A DNA stretch of 64,000 nt from a virus, in IMG/VR virus record IMGVR_UViG_3300030102_006903, positions 32,001-96,000 of that record. One strand, 5' to 3'. Every line of letters starts with the position of its first letter. Positions within the stretch are counted from its first letter, which is position 1. The notes beneath the pieces were generated by a model. It saw only the letters and a list, made by a program, of their open reading frames with translations. It did not search any database and was not told the DNA's origin. Positions 1-9,613 of the stretch are shown here, piece by piece. The position numbers were made by a program, and so were the translations under genes.

Positions 1-1607
1 AATGAAATCAAGCCCGATGTATTTTGAATAGCTTCATTTGGGGTAAAGATTAATTTATAAGGTGTTCCTTGTTTTACAGTTGCATCAAAGTTTTGGTCAA
101 ATGAACCAACTCTTACTTTTCCTTCTTCAACAATGTTTGCGAAGTTTGTCATTGTATTACCAGTATCAAAGATGACATCATCTAATGTTAAAATACTTGG
201 GTCATATACAATATTAAATTGTGAACCTACCATCTCAGCAATTTGTGAATTGATTGAGAAGATGACTTGTCCATCTTTAATTTCAGATACTAAATCTATG
301 TTTGCAGTTTCTGCGTTATTAAATTTAGTACCAGGTGCCATTGAAACTCTATATTGTGAACTAACATTCTGAGCTGAAGATGTTTTTGCTCCACTAGATA
401 CTGATGGTTCATATGAATGAGAGAAGTTAACATCACCTCTTAAACCATGTGCTACATTAACAATTTTTGAGTTTGAATCTGAATCAATTGGTGTAAATGT
501 ATTTGCGAATGTTACTGCGTTATTTACATATGCACCATATGTTTCTTTAATACCACTATATTCATGTACTGTTCCTGCTTTTGTGATATAATTTGTATTT
601 CCACTTGTTACACCTTGTAGGTAAGCAAGTATTTCATAAGAATCTTGGAAATCTACTTTGTTATCTGTTCCAACAACATCAGCGATAATATCTTGTATGT
701 AGTAATCAAATGTAGTTGAACCACCACTTGGACCAGAACCTGCTCCAATTGCCTCAGCGAATACTAATGCTAAATCTGCAACAGTTACAACCTCACCTAA
801 ATACTCAGGTAAATCTGAAATAGAAACTGATATATTATATTGTATGTTATTTTCTAAACCACTAACTACTGCTTGACCTGATGCATCAAAATCACCACTA
901 GCTTTTGTTTCTCCTGCACCATTTTTGATAACATAAGAATAATCTGTTCCATCAGATACATTGTTATCTAAAAGTTTTGATGATAGGTTTAAGGTAACAT
1001 TACCTGCATTACCACCTTCCAATCCATTTAAATCGATATCTGAGGTTGGTCTACCTACTTGTATTTGTGTTCCATCTGCTTTTTTATAGTTTGCCCAATT
1101 CACTTTTAATATGTTATCCCATGAATCATAATTTGTACCGAATTTATCTTTGATGATAAATCTGTAAACTATAATCTGGTCTCCATCTGTATATGCTGCT
1201 GAAGTTTGTGCTGTGATTCTTTCTACACTCCAATCTGCTGAAGTTGAGTAGGAGTTGTTTCCTGCTTCATCTCTCCACCAAATATACTGAACATCCATAT
1301 CTGATTCAGATGTGTTTGCTTTTGGGTTAAACTTATATCCACTCCAATTGTTTCTTGCTTTAGAAGCACCACTTGGGGTTTTCCAACTTATGTCTAAGAA
1401 ACTCATAAGTTTGTTATTGTATTCAAAATCGAATTGGAGTAGTGTTGCTGCTCCTTCATCTTTTTTTGCATACTTAAATTCCACCGATAGTGTATCACCA
1501 ACTTTAGTAACAGTATTGACTGTACCATATTGTATCTCCGATGGGTCTTGTCCGAATGAAGTTAGTGTAAAAAGAACACCAACTAATAATGATAAAAATT
1601 TCTTCAT
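1..1607 (-). CDS. Secreted protein with cohesin-/dockerin-like segments; partial, runs off the left edge; not in the supplied ORF track
   Basis: ATG at 1607, open to the window edge. MKKFLSLLVGVLFTLTSFG-Q signal peptide; dockerin-like ADVVGTDNKVDFQDSYEILAYL; cohesin-like GSQFNIVYDPSILTLDDV. Confidence 0.7.
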   Translation of the reverse strand, partial: MKKFLSLLVGVLFTLTSFGQDPSEIQYGTVNTVTKVGDTLSVEFKYAKKDEGAATLLQFDFEYNNKLMSFLDISWKTPSGASKARNNWSGYKFNPKANTSESDMDVQYIWWRDEAGNNSYSTSADWSVERITAQTSAAYTDGDQIIVYRFIIKDKFGTNYDSWDNILKVNWANYKKADGTQIQVGRPTSDIDLNGLEGGNAGNVTLNLSSKLLDNNVSDGTDYSYVIKNGAGETKASGDFDASGQAVVSGLENNIQYNISVSISDLPEYLGEVVTVADLALVFAEAIGAGSGPSGGSTTFDYYIQDIIADVVGTDNKVDFQDSYEILAYLQGVTSGNTNYITKAGTVHEYSGIKETYGAYVNNAVTFANTFTPIDSDSNSKIVNVAHGLRGDVNFSHSYEPSVSSGAKTSSAQNVSSQYRVSMAPGTKFNNAETANIDLVSEIKDGQVIFSINSQIAEMVGSQFNIVYDPSILTLDDVIFDTGNTMTNFANIVEEGKVRVGSFDQNFDATVKQGTPYKLIFTPNEAIQNTSGLIS

Positions 1608-2119
1608 AATAATAAATCCTTAATAATTTGTTCACATAGTTTTTTCAACGCTATGCTCGCCGTTTGTTGATTAAATGTTCCGTCCTCTGCAACTACAAGG
1701 GTTGAAGTAGAAATTGTTCTACTCGTTCCTTTTTGAGTAGTTCTTTTTCTGACTTTACCATTGACTTCAAGTTCACCAATTGCTATAATCTGCGTTAGTG
1801 AAACATTGTTATGGAATACAGCAATGCTGGTTCCTTTATTTTTAATATCAAAAAAGACTAAACGAACATTAATTTGTTGATTCGCTTGGTCTGATAAATC
1901 ATAATCTAAATCTAAGAGAAGTTCTTCGAGAATATTTTTTACACCGATTGTAAGATTTCGGTTACCTGCAAACTTACCCATACGAATTTCGTTGGTAACT
2001 TCGCCGACCTTAATTAGGTTTTGGTCGTCTTGATGTATCTCATTGGTAGAACCATTTGGTAGTAACACTAAGATACACAAAACGAATATTTTAAATACAT
2101 TTAGTGTAGCTAATTTCAA
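1604..2119 (-). CDS. Secreted/envelope protein, possibly CsgG/TolB-N-like
   Basis: TTG start, N-terminal hydrophobic signal, 4-nt overlap with the next gene; family call is tentative. Confidence 0.45.
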   Translation of the reverse strand: MKLATLNVFKIFVLCILVLLPNGSTNEIHQDDQNLIKVGEVTNEIRMGKFAGNRNLTIGVKNILEELLLDLDYDLSDQANQQINVRLVFFDIKNKGTSIAVFHNNVSLTQIIAIGELEVNGKVRKRTTQKGTSRTISTSTLVVAEDGTFNQQTASIALKKLCEQIIKDLLL

Positions 2120-2263
2120 AGTAATCTCCTATTGTTGATTACTGTAACCAATAAATGAAACGATTTGTAAAACGCTTTGAATAAAACGGTTGTTGAAATA
2201 ACGGTGGGATTTTATCCCTTTACTAAGAATAAATATGGGGTTGAAAAAGTAAAAATAGTTTTT

Positions 2264-3157
2264 TTACTTTATTTTTTTGAGTTCCTCACCAAAATTGGAT
2301 TCAGCAATTTTTTTAAACTCTTCTCTTCTATCATAAACTGATATATGATTTAAGTAGTGAGAATTGTTACGATATTTATAGTTTTCACAAACTACGAGGT
2401 TTTTTATTTTGAATTGGTTTACTTTGACACCAAACTCTTCAACGAGTTTTTCAGATGCCCACATTACAAATGTATCTTCGTAACCATAATGCCCAAATGA
2501 TTGGGGAACACCAATTCTATTAAGAAGTTTTCCACTAATACAAGTAAACCAACCACCTGCAAATTTAAATCTTGGTTGCCCATAAAAGTTATTTGTAACT
2601 CCTCTTACTATAATATCACCTTTAACACCTGAATCTTTGTAGGGGTCATTTGTTTTTTGGTAGTTAACTTTTTCAAGTAAGAAATTATCATTAACAAGAC
2701 AATCCCATGTATCATCCCAAATTTTAACAATCTCTGGTGTTATTATAGAGTTTGGAAAACTTTGATTAGTTGATTTCATAGCGTTTTCCAAATAAGATAA
2801 AGTTCTTTCATCAAATATAATATCTGTATCTAACCAAATGAAGTAATCAGCATCTCTATGTTTTTCAAATGAGAATCTTCTCTGTGAAACACAACCTAAT
2901 ATTTTTTCAGATGTTTGAAAGTTTTTTACACACCAATCTGTATTTGATGCTAATTTTAAAAATTTATCTTCAAAATATTTTTTATTGATTGATGATTTAT
3001 CCCAATTGACCATTTCAGATGAAGTACACATTGTAACATCTAAATTCCAATCTAATGATTTATCAATATAATATGATGCTTTTTTGAGTTGATTTAGAGT
3101 ATTTTCTAACTCATCAATTTCATATGGTAAACAAAAAATAGATATTACAATTTTCAT
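2264..3157 (-). CDS. GT-A fold glycosyltransferase
   Basis: FIWLDTDIIF DxD motif, GGWF and GYED motifs. Confidence 0.7.
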   Translation of the reverse strand: MKIVISIFCLPYEIDELENTLNQLKKASYYIDKSLDWNLDVTMCTSSEMVNWDKSSINKKYFEDKFLKLASNTDWCVKNFQTSEKILGCVSQRRFSFEKHRDADYFIWLDTDIIFDERTLSYLENAMKSTNQSFPNSIITPEIVKIWDDTWDCLVNDNFLLEKVNYQKTNDPYKDSGVKGDIIVRGVTNNFYGQPRFKFAGGWFTCISGKLLNRIGVPQSFGHYGYEDTFVMWASEKLVEEFGVKVNQFKIKNLVVCENYKYRNNSHYLNHISVYDRREEFKKIAESNFGEELKKIK

Positions 3158-3972
3158 GAATATTTTTTTTCTATAAATTCTTTGAATTGTGGAATCCTAT
3201 CGTATTGATGCACTAATGGAAATACTTCTCCTTTTTGATTTGTAACGATATAATTTTCATCAACATTTGGTGTAGGTTCTAGTAACACATTTTTAAATTT
3301 TTCTTTATTTACCAAAACAGTACCCAATTGTGTTACGAATCCTTCTTCTTGTTCAACTTTTTGTACAATATTTTTAAATTGTTTTAAATTAATAAGAATA
3401 TTATATGCTGCCTGGTCTGCAAGTTGTTCTTTATTTGCTGTTGTCATACTCCATCTGTAAATATCAATAAATAAATCTCTTAGATATTCAGCGTTTCCTA
3501 CAATAGTTCCTGCACAATATGAAGTTTTATTTTGTAACCATTCCCATTCCATAGGAAAAGATGTTCCACTATTTACACACGCCCAAGGGTCATCTTTAAA
3601 AGTAATTGATTCTGAGAATGAAAGTATCTCACCATCCATATTTGCTTCTATCCATTCAGATGGGTCTTTTTGAAATATAATATCCTTTACATCAGTCCAT
3701 ATAACTGTTCCTTTTATTTCAGAACCAAGTAGTTTGTATAAATCTCTAAATCTTTGAAGGATTATATGTTGTTGAAGTTCTCCTCCATATAAATCCCATC
3801 CTTTTGATTTAAGATAATCAATAGTTTCTTGTGGTACTTCATATACCAACATTACTTTTCTACCATCAAACCCACATCTATCAATAGATTCAACATAAGG
3901 TCTAATGTCATCAGGTGAATATTTTGTTATACACCCTAAAATTGTTTTTTGGAAACTCGTTGGGTTTATCAT
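3154..3972 (-). CDS. GT-A fold glycosyltransferase
   Basis: WTDVKDIIFQKDP, DQAAYN and VHQYDR motifs. Confidence 0.7.
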   Translation of the reverse strand: MINPTSFQKTILGCITKYSPDDIRPYVESIDRCGFDGRKVMLVYEVPQETIDYLKSKGWDLYGGELQQHIILQRFRDLYKLLGSEIKGTVIWTDVKDIIFQKDPSEWIEANMDGEILSFSESITFKDDPWACVNSGTSFPMEWEWLQNKTSYCAGTIVGNAEYLRDLFIDIYRWSMTTANKEQLADQAAYNILINLKQFKNIVQKVEQEEGFVTQLGTVLVNKEKFKNVLLEPTPNVDENYIVTNQKGEVFPLVHQYDRIPQFKEFIEKKYS

Positions 3973-4730
3973 AATTTTACTAATTCTGGTTGTTTACATC
4001 CTGTCAATATTTCAAATTCTTCAAAGTTAGGTACTTCCCACAACTCACATAATTTTGTATTTTGAATAATTTCATATCCACCTAACATCATTATATATTG
4101 AAATAAAAAATCTTGCCATCCATAAATTTTATTTATTTTACAAAACTCATCAAACTTTTCTGTATATAAATCTAAAGTTCTTTCGTATGCATCAATATAT
4201 TGTTCTCTGTTAAAGATAGTTCCTCCACCACTTGCATAACCTGGACATGAATCCACACCTCCTACTGATTTAGAATATTCTAAAAATTGGTTAGGAATAG
4301 TATTTGGTCTCATTCTACCTGTTGGTGATGGTGCAGTTGGGTGAATTGCCATTGAGAAATCAAAATTTAAAATACTAATCGTATCTAATATAAAATCATC
4401 TTCTTCAAATAACATCATGTATTTTGAATCTGTTTTCTTACAGGCATTGTAAACACCTGTTAACCATTCTACTGCTTTCTCTTTAGTCCAATGTTCGTAT
4501 CCAATATCCCTATCACCAAAGTTACCACAATATCCTAACTGAAAGTTATTACGAGTAACAGTTGCTCCTAACTCTTCACCAACTTTTTGATATCCTTCTA
4601 AATCACCTTCATAATCTACATTGATAAAAAGGTCAGCATCAGAATAAAACTTCCTAAGAGTTTGCATAGATTTCTTACCTGCTTCGGTTTCTCTCCATGC
4701 CCACCAATAACCACTTATTAATTTACTCAT
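3969..4730 (-). CDS. Putative glycosyltransferase
   Basis: MLFEEDDF acidic motif, GGGTIF; cluster context. Confidence 0.55.
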   Translation of the reverse strand: MSKLISGYWWAWRETEAGKKSMQTLRKFYSDADLFINVDYEGDLEGYQKVGEELGATVTRNNFQLGYCGNFGDRDIGYEHWTKEKAVEWLTGVYNACKKTDSKYMMLFEEDDFILDTISILNFDFSMAIHPTAPSPTGRMRPNTIPNQFLEYSKSVGGVDSCPGYASGGGTIFNREQYIDAYERTLDLYTEKFDEFCKINKIYGWQDFLFQYIMMLGGYEIIQNTKLCELWEVPNFEEFEILTGCKQPELVKL

Positions 4731-5362
4731 AATTTTTCGAAATAACCACCAACTTTGAATTTAACATTTGCAGTAACACTACCTTTATCAGATGTTTTGA
4801 ACTTATCAGGATGTACTATCCTAAAATCAATTGAACATCTTGTATCTTTTTCTTCATTAGTTTGATTACCATGTAAAAGATTTGGTCCACTAAACACCAA
4901 AATTTCACCATAGGATACATCGTAACCTTTGAAATCTTCTTTTCCTTCTTCTGATTCCATCCATATGGTATTCGTTCCATACGCATCAGTAAATGGTAAC
5001 CATAAGTTAATCTCATCTACTCCATGATTGTAATCTCTATCTCTGTGCCATTCACCAACTCCTAAGTTATCAACTTGATGAACTCTGAATGTAGGAATCT
5101 TTTGATAAATAATTTCATCATACTCAAAGTGAGGTTTTACAAACTCTTCTATAAATTGTTTGTACAATGGATAAAACTCTTCTTTAAATTTATCATAATA
5201 AGTTTTATGCCACATTGTAGCCTGGTCTGTTGGTTCAGTATATCTTTCATACTTTTTAACCTCATGTAAATTCTCTAAACTTTTTTCACCTAAGATTTTT
5301 TTTATCAAAGGTCTGAATTGATACTTTGATGTATCGTATTTAATTTTATGTGTTTTTATCAT
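4727..5362 (-). CDS. StrG-like Fe(II)/2-oxoglutarate oxygenase
   Basis: WHRD (HxD), LLHGN, RCSIDFR double-stranded beta-helix signature. Confidence 0.7.
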   Translation of the reverse strand: MIKTHKIKYDTSKYQFRPLIKKILGEKSLENLHEVKKYERYTEPTDQATMWHKTYYDKFKEEFYPLYKQFIEEFVKPHFEYDEIIYQKIPTFRVHQVDNLGVGEWHRDRDYNHGVDEINLWLPFTDAYGTNTIWMESEEGKEDFKGYDVSYGEILVFSGPNLLHGNQTNEEKDTRCSIDFRIVHPDKFKTSDKGSVTANVKFKVGGYFEKL

Positions 5363-6033
5363 TCTGTTCTTTCTAATTTATATAAATTATTGTTTACTGC
5401 TGATTTAAATTCTTCATCCATCCATACAACATCATCTTCACCAACTTGATTTACCATTGGTAAATATAAGTTATGCATACCTGAATTTACTCCATGTGGT
5501 GGATTGGTTTCCATTTCAATTACTGCGTTATAAAAGGATTCTAACATTGAATGTGGGAATACTATAAATGTATCATTCACAATTGGTAAATCCATAAACT
5601 CAGGTTCTCTCCAAAGAAAACTACATTTTGTAAAATCATAATTGTATTCTTCAAATGGATTCTTAAAAAAGTTTATATCATATCTTGTTGATATAACTAA
5701 ATCTAAATCCTCATCCTTAAGTTGTTGTAAACTATTTAGATATGAAACTGTCATTATTTTCATACCATTTGATACTTTATCACCACCACCTAATTTATTA
5801 TAACCAGGTTCTACAAATGTATGTTTTATTGCTGGTGAATAATCTTCAATTATTTTATCTTGTTTTTCATTACTATAACTAAAAAGATAAAATTTTATAT
5901 CATGTCCATTTTCTCTTAATGGATTTACAACATTTTTATAAAAGTTTTGTATTGAGTTTTCATAATCTCTCAATCTACCACCTTCAATAGCATTGTTATA
6001 AGATACTCCTACTAAATTAATTCCTATTTTCAT
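5359..6033 (-). CDS. Hypothetical glycan-cluster protein (RYD motif, possible glycosyltransferase)
   Basis: Start moved to ATG 6033 (ATGA overlap); DLVISTRYD resembles the neighbouring gene. Confidence 0.5.
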   Translation of the reverse strand: MKIGINLVGVSYNNAIEGGRLRDYENSIQNFYKNVVNPLRENGHDIKFYLFSYSNEKQDKIIEDYSPAIKHTFVEPGYNKLGGGDKVSNGMKIMTVSYLNSLQQLKDEDLDLVISTRYDINFFKNPFEEYNYDFTKCSFLWREPEFMDLPIVNDTFIVFPHSMLESFYNAVIEMETNPPHGVNSGMHNLYLPMVNQVGEDDVVWMDEEFKSAVNNNLYKLERTE

Positions 6034-6740
6034 TTTACATCTTCTGGCCACCAAACTTTATCATCTCTAAGTAAGTTAAAGTTGATTCCATCGTGTTTTA
6101 TTGCGTTATCATATAATTGTATTCTATGTAAATACTTCGTAAAGTTTTGTTCAGCACCATCCATAATTCCTTGTTCTCTATTATAATTTACAATATTATC
6201 AAATATTGTTGGAAAAACTTTATCTGAGTTTTCTTGATTAGACATATAAAAATTATCATCATGTATTGGACTGTTAGGCCAATGACTATTTGATGTATAA
6301 ATTTTTGTTAAATCATAATCACTTAATTCTAAATTAGAACCAGCAATATCATATCTACTTCTTATAATACAATCATATTTAATATTTGATTCTTGTATTT
6401 TTTTATAAGTTTCTTGCCAACCATACAACATTGGAAATGCTCTGAAGTTACTAAATACATCAAAATCTGTTAGTGGTCTTGATTTATCATCTCTTGGTGT
6501 TTTAATACCTTCTCTGTACTTAGTAAACTTAATTGGTTTCTGTATATTAATGTATTTAGGATTTGGATAAACTTTTAAAACATCATCACTATCTTCATTA
6601 TTTGTTATTTCATCAGGTTTAGATTCCCATGCATGAAGATACAAATCTACATCATTATTATCTATAATGTATTTCCAATAACCATCATAACCTTCTTGAA
6701 CTTTTCGTGCAAGACCAGTTAACATTAATGCTACTTTCAT
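6030..6740 (-). CDS. Hypothetical glycan-cluster protein (RYD motif, possible glycosyltransferase)
   Basis: MKVALMLTGLAR...YLHAW...YDCIIRSRYD pattern. Confidence 0.5.
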   Translation of the reverse strand: MKVALMLTGLARKVQEGYDGYWKYIIDNNDVDLYLHAWESKPDEITNNEDSDDVLKVYPNPKYINIQKPIKFTKYREGIKTPRDDKSRPLTDFDVFSNFRAFPMLYGWQETYKKIQESNIKYDCIIRSRYDIAGSNLELSDYDLTKIYTSNSHWPNSPIHDDNFYMSNQENSDKVFPTIFDNIVNYNREQGIMDGAEQNFTKYLHRIQLYDNAIKHDGINFNLLRDDKVWWPEDVK

Positions 6741-7159
6741 TTCTTGTAAACCATTTTTAAATATTTTCTACCTCTTCTTAAACCACTCTCACCTGTTTCA
6801 ACAAATCCTAATTCTTCGTATAACTTTTTTGCATGATTATCTTCAAAAACCCAAAGGTCTGCATAATCTTTATCCTCTAAATACTTTGTATATGCTGCTC
6901 TTGCATATCCTTTTCTACGAAAATCAGGATGTATATCACATCCAATCTCATCACCATTGATTCTAATGTACCCAACCTCTTCATTATTTTCATTATAAAT
7001 CATTAACCATTGTGGTTTCATTTTTTCAAACCAATCTTCACATTCATCTAAAGTAAATGCACTATCATTTTTTAATTGAGTACGAGTTGATTCTTCATTC
7101 CTTACTAATAGTAGGAATCTTAAATTATTTTCTTTTAATGGTTCTAATCTTATTTCCAT
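6737..7159 (-). CDS. GNAT N-acetyltransferase (PseH-like)
   Basis: RRKGYA acetyl-CoA motif, N..A..LYEELGF; next to an aminotransferase. Confidence 0.85.
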   Translation of the reverse strand: MEIRLEPLKENNLRFLLLVRNEESTRTQLKNDSAFTLDECEDWFEKMKPQWLMIYNENNEEVGYIRINGDEIGCDIHPDFRRKGYARAAYTKYLEDKDYADLWVFEDNHAKKLYEELGFVETGESGLRRGRKYLKMVYKK

Positions 7160-8349
7160 TTTTTAATACAATCTACAATGTATTCTCTTTCTTCTTTTGT
7201 TACCCACCAACCAACTGGTATTGAAACTACATGACCAATTGTTTTGTCCAAATTTGGTAACGATGTTTTAAATTCTTCCATACAAGAATGTTTATCGTTT
7301 CTCTCATGAACTTGAGATACTGTAATATTACAATCTTGCATATATTTGTAGAACGATGGTCTATCATCTACTAATAGTGAGTAAATCCAAAATGCCGATT
7401 CAAATCCTTCTTCTCTTTTTAGAAGTGTAACACCATCTACATTTTGTAAGTGTTCATCATAGTACGCTGCATTATCTTTATGTTTAGTAACTATGTCATC
7501 TAAGTGTTTAAAGTTTTCTATACCAACAGCTGCACAAACATCATTCATGTGAAATTTAAATCCCCATTCAGGTATATCTGCTTCACATCTGAAATCTGTT
7601 CTACCTTTTGGGTTTCTATCAATACCATACCATCTCAGTAATTTTGCTCTTTCATACAATTCTTCGTGTGGACAATAAAGTAAACCACCATCGACTGAAG
7701 TGATGTGTTTGATTGCCTGTAAAGAATTCATTACAAAATTGTGATGATTACCTAAATATTTTCCTTTATATTTTGTACCGATTGAATGTGCTCCATCTTC
7801 AATTAATGCTGGTGCCCATCCATGTTCTTTTCTAAATCTACCTCTAATATTTCTAATCTCATCTAAATCTAATGGATATCCACCCCAATGAACTCCCATA
7901 ATTGCTTTTGTTTTTGGAGTCATCTTTCTTTCTAAATCATCCAAATCCATATTAAGAGTTGTTGGGTCAATATCCACCCATTTAATTTTTAGATTATTTG
8001 CTACGATTGGCCAATTAGATGCAGTACAAGTTAGTGGTGTTGCTAATACTTCATCACCATCTTGAATACCTGGCCAGTTGTGTTCTACAAATGCAACACC
8101 ATGGAATTCTTCTCTCCAATTTTCTTTTGGTTTCTTAAGTAAGTGTAGTGCTAAATGTAATGCAGATGTACCAGCATTTGTTGTAACTACTTTATCATTT
8201 CCAAAGTATTCTCCTAATTGTTTTTCAAATTCATCTACCTTTGGTCCTTGTCCTATATAACCACTATCTAATACTTCACCAACTTTTTCTTTTGCTGTTG
8301 GTGCCATGAATACTTTAAATAATGGTATTGATTGTTCTGGTTTATTCAT
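7150..8349 (-). CDS. DegT/DnrJ/EryC1/StrS sugar aminotransferase
   Basis: AGTSALHLAL, IEDGAHS, SLQAIKHITSVDGG (PLP lysine). Confidence 0.93.
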   Translation of the reverse strand: MNKPEQSIPLFKVFMAPTAKEKVGEVLDSGYIGQGPKVDEFEKQLGEYFGNDKVVTTNAGTSALHLALHLLKKPKENWREEFHGVAFVEHNWPGIQDGDEVLATPLTCTASNWPIVANNLKIKWVDIDPTTLNMDLDDLERKMTPKTKAIMGVHWGGYPLDLDEIRNIRGRFRKEHGWAPALIEDGAHSIGTKYKGKYLGNHHNFVMNSLQAIKHITSVDGGLLYCPHEELYERAKLLRWYGIDRNPKGRTDFRCEADIPEWGFKFHMNDVCAAVGIENFKHLDDIVTKHKDNAAYYDEHLQNVDGVTLLKREEGFESAFWIYSLLVDDRPSFYKYMQDCNITVSQVHERNDKHSCMEEFKTSLPNLDKTIGHVVSIPVGWWVTKEEREYIVDCIKKWK

Positions 8350-8785
8350 CGTTTAGAATGTTTTTATTTTGTTTAATAGTTTGTTTAGTAATTAAATCTT
8401 TAATTTTTGTAGTTGACCATCCATGTGAACGAGTTGTATAAATAATTTTAATTGGTAAATCATCACCTGTAAATGATTTTCCTATGTAATCTTCACCAAG
8501 TATTCTAACATCTGGTTTAAAAAAATTAATTAAATTTAATAAATCTTCTTCAGTTTGGTAAATATAAACCTCATCAATATATTTTATTGACATTAATGTT
8601 TTATATCTTTCGTAAATAGGTATAACAGGTTTATACTTTGATTTTCTATGTTCCGATGGGTCTCGTTGAAGAAACACTATAAATTTATCACAATGTTTTT
8701 TTGCTTCTTCAAAAGTATAAATGTAACCTGGATGTAGTAAATCAAAATTACCAGCAGTAAATCCTATTGTTTCTTTATTTGCCAT
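8342..8785 (-). CDS. Cytidylyltransferase (TagD-like)
   Basis: FTAGNFDLLHPGY (HxGH variant), RSHGWSTTKI. Confidence 0.85.
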   Translation of the reverse strand: MANKETIGFTAGNFDLLHPGYIYTFEEAKKHCDKFIVFLQRDPSEHRKSKYKPVIPIYERYKTLMSIKYIDEVYIYQTEEDLLNLINFFKPDVRILGEDYIGKSFTGDDLPIKIIYTTRSHGWSTTKIKDLITKQTIKQNKNILNDE

Positions 8786-9230
8786 AACTTATAATATTAT
8801 CAGAACAAACTCCATAACACTCTTCAACATTTTCTTTATTTATTTCTGGCATTACAGATACACAATTTTTTATTTGTGGTACACCTGGATACTTCCATAA
8901 GTGACCATGTGAAGTTATCGTTACATCATCTTTTTGATGATAAAAATAATTAATATTTGTTATTTTTTGTTCAAGTTCTAATCTTTTAAATTCCTCTATT
9001 GCATCAATATGTTTACAATGCACCCAAAGATTTTTACTTCGTTCTAATAACCATTCCAAACTAATACCATATTGTGCCTCATCGTGTCCTAAAAAGAAAG
9101 TTTCTGAAATAAACCAAACATCAATTTCAACATCATAACCTTGTTCAATTGCGGTATCAATGTAGTTTGGGTTATTCTCAAACTTTTCATGTTTACCATT
9201 TATATTTCCTCTATGAGAAATTAATTTCAT
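8775..9230 (-). CDS. Glycerophosphodiester phosphodiesterase-like protein
   Basis: ISHRGN, ENN, VEIDV, GHD motifs. Confidence 0.8.
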   Translation of the reverse strand: MKLISHRGNINGKHEKFENNPNYIDTAIEQGYDVEIDVWFISETFFLGHDEAQYGISLEWLLERSKNLWVHCKHIDAIEEFKRLELEQKITNINYFYHQKDDVTITSHGHLWKYPGVPQIKNCVSVMPEINKENVEECYGVCSDNIISYGK

Positions 9231-9580
9231 AATTCTTCTATTCTTTTTGCCTTATCATCTATTACTAAATCAAAAGATGGTTTTAGTGGATAACAAAAAA
9301 TACTTTTTCTATAACCAACTATTAAATCATTAAATTTACATCCCCAACTTTTCAATTGTTCTTTAGTTAATTCATACAAATCTCTTTCGGATACACTTCC
9401 TCTTGCTGTCCAATAAATTATTTCCCAACCTTCATCATATAGTTTGTTAATTTTATCTATGTTTTCTTGTTTAGGTATTGCGTTTTCATAAAACCTTTTA
9501 CCTTCGTAAAAACAAATAGTTTCATCAACATCAACTAATGCTCTTTTTTTATCTCTTGGATATAATTTACTTTCTATCAT
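9227..9580 (-). CDS. HAD phosphatase (BcbF/EcbF capsule-phosphatase-like)
   Basis: VDVDETIC, WTARG, IDDKA; start moved to ATG 9580, directly after a promoter. Confidence 0.8.
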   Translation of the reverse strand: MIESKLYPRDKKRALVDVDETICFYEGKRFYENAIPKQENIDKINKLYDEGWEIIYWTARGSVSERDLYELTKEQLKSWGCKFNDLIVGYRKSIFCYPLKPSFDLVIDDKAKRIEEL

Positions 9581-9581
9581 A

Positions 9582-9613
9582 CAAATATACGAAATTATTT
9601 GTAATTTTCCAAA
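9582..9613 (-). promoter_or_regulatory. Bacteroidota-type promoter TTTG-N20-TATATTTG
   Basis: Matches the -33/-7 consensus; one of 14 copies. Confidence 0.8.
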
